Below, piece after piece: positions 48,474 to 58,458 of a DNA stretch of 64,000 nt. The notes under the pieces were generated by a model that had not been told where the DNA came from, searched no databases, and saw nothing but the letters and a program-made list of their open reading frames with translations. The stretch's first letter is position 1. Every line of letters begins with the position of its first letter. The stretch comes from an uncultured Thermoleophilia bacterium (GTDB lineage: Bacteria; Actinomycetota; Thermoleophilia; UBA2241), in assembly GCA_963702475.1 (NCBI GenBank), contig CAVPCT010000002.1, forward strand, positions 288,001-352,000. The letters are read 5' to 3'. Made by a program: the position numbers and the translations under genes.

Positions 48474-49991
48474 GTGGCCATCGACACACACCGTAGAGCA
48501 CCAGACCCCGAGCGGGGTCACACCGTACTCGTGACCGGCGCGACCGGCTACGTCGGGGGCCGTCTCGTCCCACGGCTGCTCGCCGCGGGTCACCGGGTAC
48601 GCTGTCTCGTGCGCGATCCCTCCCGGCTTCAGGGCCGCGACTGGCTCCCGCACGTCGAGGTCGTGACCGGCGACGTGCTGGCCCCCGAGGGACTCCAGCC
48701 CGCGTTGCTGGGTGTGGACGCGGCGTACTACCTCGTGCACAGCCTCGCTTCGGGGAGTGGCTTCCACGAGAGGGACGTGGCGGCGGCGCGCTCCTTCGCG
48801 GCGGCTGCCGCCCAGGCCGGCATCTCACGCATCGTGTATCTGGGCGGCCTCGGCGACCCGCAGACGGACCTCTCCGAACACCTGCGTTCGCGCCAGGCCA
48901 CGGGTGACGCCCTGCGTGAGGGCGGCGTCCCGGTCACCGAGCTCCGCGCCGCCGTCGTCGTGGGTTCGGGAAGCATCTCGTTCGAGATGATCCGCTACCT
49001 CACGGAGCGGTTGCCGGTGATGGTCTGTCCGCAGTGGGTGTACACGCGGGTGCAGCCGATCGGCGTGGACGACCTGTTGCGCTACCTGGTCGCTGCCCTC
49101 GACAACCCGGCCAGCGCCGGTCGCGTCGTGGAGATCGGCGGCGCCGACGTGCGCACCTACGGGGACATGATGCTGGGCTACGCCCAGGTGCGCGGCCTGC
49201 GCCGCCGCCTGCAGCCGGTACCGGTGCTCACACCGGTGCTCTCCTCGTACTGGGTGCACCTGGTGACGCCGATCCCCTCGGCGATCGCCAGGCCTCTCAT
49301 CGAGGGGTTGCGCAGCGAGGTGGTCGTGCGTGACGGTACAGCCCGCGAGCTGTTCCCGGACATCGTCCCCGTCGACTACCTCACGGCGGTGCGCGCCGCG
49401 GTCGCCACGCTCGAGGGCGGTGAGGTGGAGACGTCCTGGGCCGACGCGCTGGTGACGAGCTGCGAAGGGCCGGCCCCGCGCGTGTTCCGTCAGGAGGCCG
49501 GCATGCTCATCGAGCGCCGCGCGGCGCACGTGGACGCGGCGCCGGACGAGGTGTTCGCGGTCGTGCTCGGCATCGGTGGCGAGCGCGGCTACGGCTACGG
49601 GGACTGGCTCTGGCAAGTGCGTGGCGCGATGGACCGCCTGGCGGGGGGTGTCGGCCTGCGTCGCGGGCGCCGCGACCCCGACGACCTGCGCACGGGGGAC
49701 GCCCTCGATTTTTGGCGCGTCGAGGCCGTGGAGAGGCCTCGCCTCCTGCGACTGCGGGCCGAGATGAAGGTCCCGGGCAGGGCGTGGCTGCAGTTCGAGA
49801 CCCTGCCCGAGGGCGGGGGCACGCGTCTGGTGCAGACGGCCTACTTCGCCCCCAAGGGGCTGCCGGGCCTCCTGTACTGGTACGGGCTCGCGCCTGTCCA
49901 CGCGCGGATATTCTCGGGTATGATTGCCCGGCTGGCCGCCGCGGCCAGCCGGCCGGTAGCCCGCCGTGGCGGCGCTTCGTGCGTTCCCTGA
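48474..49991 (+). CDS. Atypical SDR NAD(P)-binding protein with DUF2867 (YbjT-like)
   Basis: TGATGYVG, YYLVHS, GSGSISFEM, GDALDFWRV, AEMKVPGRAWL. Confidence 0.88.
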   Translation: MAIDTHRRAPDPERGHTVLVTGATGYVGGRLVPRLLAAGHRVRCLVRDPSRLQGRDWLPHVEVVTGDVLAPEGLQPALLGVDAAYYLVHSLASGSGFHERDVAAARSFAAAAAQAGISRIVYLGGLGDPQTDLSEHLRSRQATGDALREGGVPVTELRAAVVVGSGSISFEMIRYLTERLPVMVCPQWVYTRVQPIGVDDLLRYLVAALDNPASAGRVVEIGGADVRTYGDMMLGYAQVRGLRRRLQPVPVLTPVLSSYWVHLVTPIPSAIARPLIEGLRSEVVVRDGTARELFPDIVPVDYLTAVRAAVATLEGGEVETSWADALVTSCEGPAPRVFRQEAGMLIERRAAHVDAAPDEVFAVVLGIGGERGYGYGDWLWQVRGAMDRLAGGVGLRRGRRDPDDLRTGDALDFWRVEAVERPRLLRLRAEMKVPGRAWLQFETLPEGGGTRLVQTAYFAPKGLPGLLYWYGLAPVHARIFSGMIARLAAAASRPVARRGGASCVP

Positions 49992-50049
49992 CGGCCGTCC
50001 TGGCAGAGGCGCGTGGTGCGCCCCGCCGTTGAGCGCCTGAGGAGGTAGG

Positions 50050-50571
50050 GTGCCTCTCTGGATCATCGCTGCGACCGCGAGCAGCGACAGCAGCAATCCC
50101 TTCCAATCCGTCATGGACTTCTTCCAGTCGCCGACGTGGCACTTCATCACGTTGCTGGCCTACTTCCTCCTCGCGGTGCTCTGGATCGCCTGTGCCTACT
50201 GGGTGTTCAAAGACGCGCGCCGGCGCATCGACGACAAGATCGTCATCACCGTGTGCGTACTCGCCGGCATCGTGTTCGGTCCGCTCGGCCTCATCGTGTA
50301 CGCCATCGTCCGTCCGCCGGAGCTGCTTGCCGACCGTGACGAGCGCGAGCTCGAGATGCAGATGATGACGCAGCGCCTCAGCGAGGAGACGCGCTGCTCG
50401 TTCTGCAAGACGCCGGTGAAGGACGAGTACCTCGTGTGTCCCACCTGCGGCCGCCGGCTGCGCTCCCAGTGCGGCCACTGCGGCAGGCCACTCGAGCCCA
50501 ACTGGCGGGTGTGTCCGTACTGCGAGGCCGACGTGCGCGCCGCGCCGGCCACCATGTACGACCGCCTGTAG
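50050..50571 (+). CDS. Membrane protein with double zinc ribbon
   Basis: WVFKDARRR, TMs, RPPE, four CxxC pairs. Confidence 0.8.
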   Translation: MPLWIIAATASSDSSNPFQSVMDFFQSPTWHFITLLAYFLLAVLWIACAYWVFKDARRRIDDKIVITVCVLAGIVFGPLGLIVYAIVRPPELLADRDERELEMQMMTQRLSEETRCSFCKTPVKDEYLVCPTCGRRLRSQCGHCGRPLEPNWRVCPYCEADVRAAPATMYDRL

Positions 50572-50668
50572 CAGGCGTGAGGGCCGTGAGGGCCCCGCTC
50601 GCGCCGATCTGCGACACGACGACTCACCCGCGGCGCCGACGTGCCGCCCTGGACCCGGAGGTCCCCCT

Positions 50669-51082
50669 GTGGAACGTACGTTCGTCATGGTCAAGCCCAA
50701 CGGAGTGGCCCGCGGCCTCGTGGGCGAGATCGTCGCCCGCTTCGAGCGTCGCGGTTTCGTGCTTCGTGGCATGAAGGCGGTACGCATCGATCGCTCCCTC
50801 GCGGAGCGTCACTACGCCGAGCACATCGGCAAGCCGTTCTTCGAGTCGCTGGCGGCGTTCATCACGTCTGGTCCTGTGGTGGCCATGGTCTGGGAGGGCC
50901 GCAACGCCGTCGCCGTGGCGCGCGACATGATGGGCGTCACCGACTCCGCCGAGGCGGCGCCGGGCACCATCCGCGGGGACTTCTCGCTGAGCAAGGAGGA
51001 GAACGTGGTGCACGGCTCCGACAGCGACGACAGCGCGGCCCGCGAGATCGCCCTGTTCTTCGATGAGGCCGAGCTCGTCTGA
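50669..51082 (+). CDS. ndk: Nucleoside diphosphate kinase
   Basis: [25 protein letters not shown]. Confidence 0.97.
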   Translation: MERTFVMVKPNGVARGLVGEIVARFERRGFVLRGMKAVRIDRSLAERHYAEHIGKPFFESLAAFITSGPVVAMVWEGRNAVAVARDMMGVTDSAEAAPGTIRGDFSLSKEENVVHGSDSDDSAAREIALFFDEAELV

Positions 51083-51122
51083 GCGCGACGAGCGGCGCGC
51101 CCCGCGCGCGCCCGGCCGGCCC

Positions 51123-51725
51123 GTGAAGCTCGTCCTCGCCTCGAAGTCGCCGCAGCGCGATGCCCTGCTGCGCCAGCTGCGCGTGCCGTTCCGCGTCGTG
51201 GTCAGTGAGCACGACGAGGACCTGCACGACGGTGAGCCTGTGCGCACCGTCGAGCGCAACGCCCGCGGCAAGGCCGCCGAGGTGCTCGCCCGGGTGCACC
51301 TGCATCCGAGCGAGCTCGTGCTCGGCGTCGACACCGTGGTCGTGATAGACGGCCGCGTGCTCGGCAAGGCGGGGAGCGAGCAGGAGGCGGCGGAGTACCT
51401 GCGCCTGCTCGCCGGCCGCCGCCATGAGGTGTACAGCGGTCTGCACCTCTGCGACCGCGTGCGTGGCGTGAGCGCGCACGCCGTGACCGGCGTGACGTTC
51501 CGATCGCTGGACGAAGACGACATCGCCCGCTACGTCGCCTCCGGCGAGTGGCGCGAACGCGCCGGTGCCTACGCCATCCAGGGCATCGGCTCGGCCCTCG
51601 TGGCCGGCGTGGACGGCGACTACTTCAACGTCGTCGGCCTGCCCGTGGCCGAGCTGGTGACGGCGCTGGCCGTCTTCGGCGCCGCGCCGTTCTCCTGGCT
51701 TCGCGCAGTCGAGCCGGAGGCCTGA
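51123..51725 (+). CDS. maf: Maf nucleotide pyrophosphatase
   Basis: [33 protein letters not shown]. Confidence 0.92.
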   Translation: MKLVLASKSPQRDALLRQLRVPFRVVVSEHDEDLHDGEPVRTVERNARGKAAEVLARVHLHPSELVLGVDTVVVIDGRVLGKAGSEQEAAEYLRLLAGRRHEVYSGLHLCDRVRGVSAHAVTGVTFRSLDEDDIARYVASGEWRERAGAYAIQGIGSALVAGVDGDYFNVVGLPVAELVTALAVFGAAPFSWLRAVEPEA

Positions 51726-51937
51726 GCCCCGGCTCCCGGGGTCGTGCGCGAGGGGGGACGCCCGCCGTTCCGCCCTCCGCGGCCTCAGGTCGTCCGTCCC
51801 GCGCGCGAGGAGCTTCGCCCCGCGCGCCGAACTACCCTCTGCGCCCCGCTGCGCGGAGCCCCGGGGACACCTCAGGTGGCTCCGTCGGAGGGACGCGTAT
51901 ACAATCGTCGTTCGATACCTCCCCGAAAGGAGCCACC

Positions 51938-52981
51938 ATCAGCTTCCTCGGCTTCGTGACGGGCTTCGGGGCCCGCGACATGGCGGTCGACCTCGGTACC
52001 GCCAACACCCTCGTCTATCTCCGTGGCCGCGGTATCGTGCTCAGCGAGCCGTCCGTGGTCGCCATCGACCACCGTACCGGCGAGGTACACGCCGTCGGTG
52101 CCGAGGCCAAGCGCATGCTCGGCCGCACCCCGGCCACCATCAGCGCCGTCCGGCCGCTCAAAGACGGCGTCATCGCCGACTTCGACGTCACCGAACAGAT
52201 GCTCCGCCACTTCATCCGCAAGGTCATGCAGAACCGCTGGGCGCACCCCCGCGTGGTGATCTGCGTCCCAAGTGGTGTGACTGGTGTCGAGAAGCGCGCC
52301 GTGGAAGAGGCCACGTACTCGGCTGGGGCTCGTTGGGCGACCCTCATCGAGGAACCCATGGCGGCGGCCATCGGCGCCGGTCTTCCGGTGGCCGAGCCTA
52401 CGGGCAGCATGATCGTGGACATCGGGGGCGGTACCAGCGAGGTGGCCGTCATCTCGCTGGGCGGCATCGTCGTCAGCCAGTCGATCCGCGTGGGCGGGGA
52501 TGAGCTGGACGAGGCCGTCATCAGCTACGTCAAGAAGGAGTACAAGCTGCTCATCGGCAGTCAGACGGCGGAGGAGATCAAGCTCGAGATCGGGTCGGCG
52601 CACGCACTGCCGCAGGAGGAGCAGGCCGAGATCCGCGGCCGCGACCTCGTGACGGGCCTGCCCAAGACCATCGTGCTCTCGTCGGAGGAGGTCCGCACGG
52701 CCCTCGAGGAGCCCGTGCAGGCCATCATCGACGCCATCAAGGCGACGCTCGACAAGACGCCGCCCGAGCTGGCCAGCGACATCATGGACCGCGGCATCAT
52801 GCTCGCCGGCGGCGGTTCCCTCCTCCAGGGCCTCGCGGAACGTCTTCGCGAAGAGACCCAGATGCCGGTGCACCTGGCAGAGTCGCCCCTCACCTGCGTG
52901 GCCGTGGGTTCGGGCCGGTACCTCGAGGAGTTCGATGTCCTCGTCAAGAGCAAGCGCAACTCCCGGCCGCGGGGCCGGTAG
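51938..52981 (+). CDS. mreB: Rod shape-determining protein MreB
   Basis: [32 protein letters not shown]; start is either ATC 51938 (after AAAGGAG) or ATG 51980. Confidence 0.96.
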   Translation: MSFLGFVTGFGARDMAVDLGTANTLVYLRGRGIVLSEPSVVAIDHRTGEVHAVGAEAKRMLGRTPATISAVRPLKDGVIADFDVTEQMLRHFIRKVMQNRWAHPRVVICVPSGVTGVEKRAVEEATYSAGARWATLIEEPMAAAIGAGLPVAEPTGSMIVDIGGGTSEVAVISLGGIVVSQSIRVGGDELDEAVISYVKKEYKLLIGSQTAEEIKLEIGSAHALPQEEQAEIRGRDLVTGLPKTIVLSSEEVRTALEEPVQAIIDAIKATLDKTPPELASDIMDRGIMLAGGGSLLQGLAERLREETQMPVHLAESPLTCVAVGSGRYLEEFDVLVKSKRNSRPRGR

Positions 52982-53000
52982 CCCCGTAGCTCGCTGATCC

Positions 53001-53831
53001 GTGAATCGCCGGCGCGTACTCCGGCGTCGCATCGTGGTGGGGGTCCTGCTACTGCTCTGCGTCGCCATGTTCACGCTGTACTTCCGTGAGTCGGACAGCG
53101 GGGTGGTGCACGGTGCCCAGGGCGTCGTGCTGCGCGTGGTGGCGCCGCTGCAGAACGGCACCGCCCGCGCCACCAAGCCGTTCCGCGACGCCTGGAACTG
53201 GACGGCCGATCTGTTCAGCGCCAAATCGGAGAACGCCAAGCTCAAGAAGGAGCTCGAGCAGCTTCGCGCCGGCGTTGCCAGCGAGCTGGCGACCCAGGAC
53301 GAGAACGCACAGCTGCGCGCCATGGTCGCTCTCGACGGCGCCGGCGTCTTCCCGGCGAGCGCCGAGCTCGTGACGGCGCACGTGGTCGCTCGATCCACCA
53401 CGGCCTGGTACTCCACGGTGACTATCGACGCCGGCAGCGACGACGGCATCGGTCTCTACCAGGCCGTCGTCAACGGCGCCGGGCTGGTGGGCAGGATCTC
53501 CAAGGTCGAGCCCGGGGCCTCGCAGGTGACGCTTATCACGGACCAGCAGAGCTACGTCGATTCCATGGTCGTGCCGGGTGGCGCCCAGGGCATCGTGGCA
53601 GGCAGCGTCACCGGCGACCTTACCATGCAGTACGTCGACCGCAACGAGCGCGTCAAGGTGGGGCAGTACGTGGTCACGTCCGGCCGCGCAGGCTCCGTGT
53701 TCGTGCGCGGCATCCCCATCGGGCGGGTCGAGAGCGTGGGCCTGCAGGAGGTCGAGCTGTACCAGAGCATCTCCGTGCGCCCGTTCGTGGACTTCCGCAA
53801 GCTGGACATCGTCCGGGTGGTGATCCCGTGA
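53001..53831 (+). CDS. mreC: Rod shape-determining protein MreC
   Basis: TM, coiled coil ENAQLR, IDAGS, GLVGRI, VVTSG, GIPIG. Confidence 0.93.
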   Translation: MNRRRVLRRRIVVGVLLLLCVAMFTLYFRESDSGVVHGAQGVVLRVVAPLQNGTARATKPFRDAWNWTADLFSAKSENAKLKKELEQLRAGVASELATQDENAQLRAMVALDGAGVFPASAELVTAHVVARSTTAWYSTVTIDAGSDDGIGLYQAVVNGAGLVGRISKVEPGASQVTLITDQQSYVDSMVVPGGAQGIVAGSVTGDLTMQYVDRNERVKVGQYVVTSGRAGSVFVRGIPIGRVESVGLQEVELYQSISVRPFVDFRKLDIVRVVIP

Positions 53832-54394
53832 TCGTCATGCCCGCCCGTACCTCGCCCGAGGAGGAGCCGCACTGGTGGCCGTCGCCGGCCCAGGTCGCGC
53901 GACTGGCCGTCATCCTGATGGTGGCCGTGCTGCTGCAGACGGCCGTGGCCTCCAACTTCCGCATCCTCGGCGCCAATCCGGACTTCGCCCTGATAGTGGT
54001 GGTCTGTGTGGCGCTGTTGAGGGGCTCGGAGACGGGTGCGGTCTTCGGCTTCCTCACCGGGACTCTGGTGGCGGTCGCGCTCATGGAGCCGTTCGGCCTG
54101 AGCGCGTTCGTGTTCGTCGTCGTGGGTTTCCTCGCGGGGCGCTACGCGGAGACGGCCGATCTCTCGCATGGCTTCGCGCCGCTCGTCAGCGTCTTCGTCG
54201 CCACCCTGGTCGCCGGCGTGCTGCTGGCGCTCGCCCAGTTCCTCCTGGCGCGCCAGGTGCCGCTGGGCTTCTTCGTGGGGCGCGTGCTCGTGCCGTCACT
54301 CATCCTCAACACGCTTCTGGCTGCGCCACTGTACCTGGTGGTCCGCTGGTGGCTCCGCGGGGGAGGTGACCTCCGTGCCGTTCGGGCTCGCTGA
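53828..54394 (+). CDS. mreD: Rod shape-determining protein MreD
   Basis: Hydrophobic, PDFAL, GAVFGF; between mreC and mrdA. Confidence 0.88.
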   Translation: MIVMPARTSPEEEPHWWPSPAQVARLAVILMVAVLLQTAVASNFRILGANPDFALIVVVCVALLRGSETGAVFGFLTGTLVAVALMEPFGLSAFVFVVVGFLAGRYAETADLSHGFAPLVSVFVATLVAGVLLALAQFLLARQVPLGFFVGRVLVPSLILNTLLAAPLYLVVRWWLRGGGDLRAVRAR

Positions 54395-56402
54395 CGGCAA
54401 CGGCCGCCGCCACCGGCCCATCCGCACCGGCCGCCGCGACAAGCCCATCATCCAGCTGCCTTCGGTGGCGCTCCGCGCCGCCGTGATCTTCGGCATGGTG
54501 CTGGTGCTCTTCGCGGTGATCCTCTTCCGTCTGTGGTTCCTGCAGATCCTGAGCGGCCAGCAGTTCGTCGCGCAGGCCAACGACAACCGCCTGCGCTCGG
54601 TGAAGATCGTGGCGCCGCGCGGCACCATCACCGACCGCAACGGCGAAGTCATTGTCGCCAACCGCCCCGGGCTGGCCGTGGGCATCCGGCTCATGGATGT
54701 GCCGCCGGGCCGGCTCGACGCCGAGGTCATCGAGCTCGCGCGCGTGCTGCACCGCAACCCGCAGAAGATCCGCAAGGACATCGTCGCGCACCTGCAGCCC
54801 AGCTGGCCGACCGGCGTGCCGCGCGGCTGGAAGGCGGTGACCGAGGGCAAGGTCGTCTCGCTCGACCTCGTGGTCGTCAAGGAGGATGTGAGCCGCAAGG
54901 TGCTCTCCTACATCCTCGAGCACGCACAGTCGTTCCCTGGCGTGGAGATCCAGAAGAACTACCTGCGTGACTACCCGAACGGTGAGCTCGCCGCCCACGT
55001 GCTGGGCAACCTCGGTGAGGTCACCGCCGAAGAGCTCAAGATGACGCGGTTCAAGGGCTACGCGCCCGGCGACGTGGTTGGGCAGAGCGGGCTGGAGTGG
55101 ACCTACGACAGCTGGCTCCGCGGCCGCGACGGCGTGGCCAAGGTCGAGGTGGACGCGTTCGGGCGGCCCAAGGGGCACGATCCCGTGCCCGGAGGCCGCC
55201 TGCCCGAGCCCGGCGACACCCTGGTCACCACCCTGGATACCAAGGTGCAGGAGGGTGCCGAAGAGGCGCTGCGGTATGGCATCCGCCTCGCGCAGACCAG
55301 CGGCTCTCCGGCGGCCAACGGCGGCGCCGCCGTGGTGCTCGACGCCGACAACGGCGAGGTCCTCGCCATGGCCAGCTATCCGTCGTTCGATCCGGCCGAG
55401 TGGGTCGGCGGCATCAGCACCAAGGACTACAAGAAGTACACGAAGAAGAGCGCCAATACGCCGCTGCTGAACCGTCCCATCCAGGAGACCAAGGCCGTGG
55501 GCTCCACGTTCAAGCCGGTCGACGCGATCGCGGCGCTCGAGGAGGGCGTCATCACCGCCGGCACCTCGTTCTTCTGCCCTGGGTCCTACGTGGCGCCGAA
55601 CACGCTGGACAACCTGAAGTTCAACTGCTGGGCCCGTGACGGCCACGGCACGCTCGACCTGGTCGAGGCCATCACCCAGTCGTGCGACGTGTACTTCTAC
55701 AACGTCGGCTACCTCTTCTACCAGCGCAAGGGCACGGAGCTCGCGGACTGGGCGGTCCGTATGGGCCTCGGCAAGACTACCGGCATCGACATCCCCGGTG
55801 AGGTGGCCGGTCGCATCCCGACGCCCGACTGGAAAGAGTCGTACTACGAGAGCGAGATCGACAAGATCTGGAAGCCGGGCGACTCCATCAACCTGGCGGT
55901 CGGTCAGGGCGACATGGAGGCCACGCCGCTGCAGCTCGCGGTGAGCTACGCGACCGTCGCCAACGGCGGGAAACTGGTGGTGCCGCACCTCGGCCTCAAG
56001 GTCGTCGATCCCCAGGGGCAGACCGTGCGCACCCTGGGCGACACCGGCAAGACGCGCAAGGTGGACATCTCACAGTCCACCCTCGAAACGGTGCGCCGTG
56101 GCATTCTGGATGCGGCCAACTCGCCCAGCGGGACGTCGAGCGGTGTCTTCGGCGGGTACCCGGTCACCGTGGCCGGCAAGACCGGCACCGCCGAGGTGTA
56201 CGACGCCGACGTGATGCACTACGTGGACTACGCCTGGTACGCGAGCTACGCACCGGCCAACGACCCCAAGTACGTGGTGGTCGTGATGATCGAGAAGGGC
56301 GGCCACGGCGGCGCCACCGCCGCCCCCGCCGCCCGGATCATCTACGACAGCATCTTCGACCTCAAGAGCGACAGGTCCGAGGGCGCGGTAAGGAGCGACT
56401 GA
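54375..56402 (+). CDS. mrdA: Penicillin-binding protein 2
   Basis: RLWFLQI, APRGTITDRNG, GSTFK, SCDVYFY, KTGTAE; GTG 54375 after GGAGGTGA. Confidence 0.94.
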   Translation: MPFGLADGNGRRHRPIRTGRRDKPIIQLPSVALRAAVIFGMVLVLFAVILFRLWFLQILSGQQFVAQANDNRLRSVKIVAPRGTITDRNGEVIVANRPGLAVGIRLMDVPPGRLDAEVIELARVLHRNPQKIRKDIVAHLQPSWPTGVPRGWKAVTEGKVVSLDLVVVKEDVSRKVLSYILEHAQSFPGVEIQKNYLRDYPNGELAAHVLGNLGEVTAEELKMTRFKGYAPGDVVGQSGLEWTYDSWLRGRDGVAKVEVDAFGRPKGHDPVPGGRLPEPGDTLVTTLDTKVQEGAEEALRYGIRLAQTSGSPAANGGAAVVLDADNGEVLAMASYPSFDPAEWVGGISTKDYKKYTKKSANTPLLNRPIQETKAVGSTFKPVDAIAALEEGVITAGTSFFCPGSYVAPNTLDNLKFNCWARDGHGTLDLVEAITQSCDVYFYNVGYLFYQRKGTELADWAVRMGLGKTTGIDIPGEVAGRIPTPDWKESYYESEIDKIWKPGDSINLAVGQGDMEATPLQLAVSYATVANGGKLVVPHLGLKVVDPQGQTVRTLGDTGKTRKVDISQSTLETVRRGILDAANSPSGTSSGVFGGYPVTVAGKTGTAEVYDADVMHYVDYAWYASYAPANDPKYVVVVMIEKGGHGGATAAPAARIIYDSIFDLKSDRSEGAVRSD

Positions 56403-56405
56403 CGC

Positions 56406-57548
56406 GTGGACTGGCGCTCCTACCTGCGGCACCTGGACTACATCCTGCTGGCCGCCACGGCGGCCATCGTCGTGTACGGGGTCTCGCTCGTGTACTTCGC
56501 GACCCGTCACGATGTGACCGGCGAGCCGTTGTACTACGTCGCCCAGCAGCTGCAGGCCGTCGTGGTGGGCCTCATCGCAGCTGTGGTCATCGCCCTGCTC
56601 GACTACGAGATCTACCGCCGCTTCCAGTGGCTCATCTACATCTTCGCGGTGTTCATCGTCGCGGCGGTGCTGCCGTTCGGGGAGGTGGTCAACGGCGCGC
56701 GGCGCTGGATCGACCTCGGGGTGACCAGCTTCCAGCCCTCCGCGCTGGCGCTGCTGCTGCTTGCGCTGAGCATCGGCGCCTACCTGGCCGACCGCATGGA
56801 TCTGCTCGGCGCCAAACGCATCACCGCCGCGGCGCTTGTGATGGTCGCGGTGCCGGCTTTCCTCGTCTATCAGGAGCCCGACTTCGGCTCGGCCATGGTG
56901 ATGGTCGCGCTCGCGCTCGGCATGCTCTTCTTCTACGGGACGCCGTGGACCCACTTCGCCGTGCTCGGCGCCGGAGGGGCCGCGCTGTTCGTCGTGGCCC
57001 TCAAGGTGCTGCCCATGGCCGGCGTGCGTGTCATCCAGCAGTACCAGATCGACAGGCTGTTCGTGTTCCTCAATGCCGGTCAGAACCCCACCGGCTCCGG
57101 CTACAACATCATCCAGTCGATGATCGCCGTAGGGGCCGGGGCCTTCAGCGGCCGCGGTGACGCCGCCACGCAGACCGCGCTCTACTTCCTCCCCGAGCAC
57201 CACACCGATTTCATCTTCGCCGTTCTCAGCGAACGCAACGGTTTCCTGGGCGCGCTGCTCCTCCTCGGCCTCTACGGTGTCATCATCTGGCGCTGCCTGC
57301 GCATCGCGACGCTCTCGCGAGACATGTACGGCAGTATCCTCGCGGGGGGTGTCGGGGTTATGCTGCTGTTTCAGGTGTTCGTGAACATCGGCATGACGAT
57401 TGGTATCATGCCGGTGACGGGTATCCCGTTGCCGTTCGTCAGCTACGGCGGCACCCATATGATCGCGTTCTTGATGTTCGTGGGCCTGCTGCAGGCCATC
57501 CACCTGCGCGGCACCACTTCGAAGGGCTCGGGAGGGCCGCTTGTCTAG
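56406..57548 (+). CDS. rodA: Rod shape-determining protein RodA
   Basis: GARRWI, FQPS, PDFG, GYNIIQS, PEHHTDFIF, PFVSYGG. Confidence 0.94.
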   Translation: MDWRSYLRHLDYILLAATAAIVVYGVSLVYFATRHDVTGEPLYYVAQQLQAVVVGLIAAVVIALLDYEIYRRFQWLIYIFAVFIVAAVLPFGEVVNGARRWIDLGVTSFQPSALALLLLALSIGAYLADRMDLLGAKRITAAALVMVAVPAFLVYQEPDFGSAMVMVALALGMLFFYGTPWTHFAVLGAGGAALFVVALKVLPMAGVRVIQQYQIDRLFVFLNAGQNPTGSGYNIIQSMIAVGAGAFSGRGDAATQTALYFLPEHHTDFIFAVLSERNGFLGALLLLGLYGVIIWRCLRIATLSRDMYGSILAGGVGVMLLFQVFVNIGMTIGIMPVTGIPLPFVSYGGTHMIAFLMFVGLLQAIHLRGTTSKGSGGPLV

Positions 57549-58458
57549 CATCAGCGTCTCGAAGATCTACAAGGCCGTGACCGAGGTACGCGGCGGCGAC
57601 GACAAGGCGCCGGGTCTCTGCGTGGTCGGCGCCGGACCCGAGCTCGGCCGTGTGGTGGCCGAGCTCTCCGCCGGCGCCGGCGATGCCCACGGCGGCGTGA
57701 GCGACGCGCTCGACGCTCTCGCACCGGCCGACTTTCCGCGGAGTGCGAGCCTCATAGAGCGTTGGGACATCGTCGTTGTCCTCGCGGACGGCGTGCCGGC
57801 CGCGGAGATGGCGCCGGTCGTGGAGGCGGCCCGCGACGCCGGCCGCCGTATCGTCGCGCTCGTCCCTCCGCCGCACGGCCTGTGGGCCGACGCGGCCGGC
57901 GTCGCCGACGAAGAAGTGGCACACCGGCTGGCCGGCGAGCACGGCTCGTCACCTACGCTGGAGAACCGGATCCTGCACGCCGCCGGAAGCGGCGAGCTCG
58001 CGCTCGTCCTGCGGCTGCCGGCCCTGCGACCCGCCTACTGCGGGCGCGTCGTGCTGGCCAACGCGACGCAGAACGCCGTCATCGGCGCCGTCGTGTTCCT
58101 GCCCGGCGCCGACATGCCCGCCATGACGGCCAACCAGGTCCGCATGGTCCTCAAGATAGCCGCCGCCTACGGCGAGGAGCTCGGGCTCGACCGGGCCCTC
58201 GAGATCCTCTCCGTGGTCGGCACCGCGTTCGTGTTCCGCGCGCTGGCGCGCCAGGCGCTCGACTTCGTGCCGGGGTTCGGCTGGGCCCTCAAGGGGGCTT
58301 TCGGCTTCTCCGCCACCGTCGCGCTCGGTGAGGCCGCCATCGCGTACTTCGAAGCCGGAGCGCCGCTCCAGCTTCAGCGCATGCAAAGGATTAGCAAGCA
58401 AGTTGAGCGCATTCGCTCCAGGCTGCCTGGACCAGTGCGGAGAGTGGCCGACTGGTGA
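57541..58458 (+). CDS. DUF697/EcsC-like protein
   Basis: NATQNAVIGA..FLPGADMPAMTANQVRMVLKIAAAYG, VPGFGWALKG. Confidence 0.7.
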   Translation: MSSISVSKIYKAVTEVRGGDDKAPGLCVVGAGPELGRVVAELSAGAGDAHGGVSDALDALAPADFPRSASLIERWDIVVVLADGVPAAEMAPVVEAARDAGRRIVALVPPPHGLWADAAGVADEEVAHRLAGEHGSSPTLENRILHAAGSGELALVLRLPALRPAYCGRVVLANATQNAVIGAVVFLPGADMPAMTANQVRMVLKIAAAYGEELGLDRALEILSVVGTAFVFRALARQALDFVPGFGWALKGAFGFSATVALGEAAIAYFEAGAPLQLQRMQRISKQVERIRSRLPGPVRRVADW

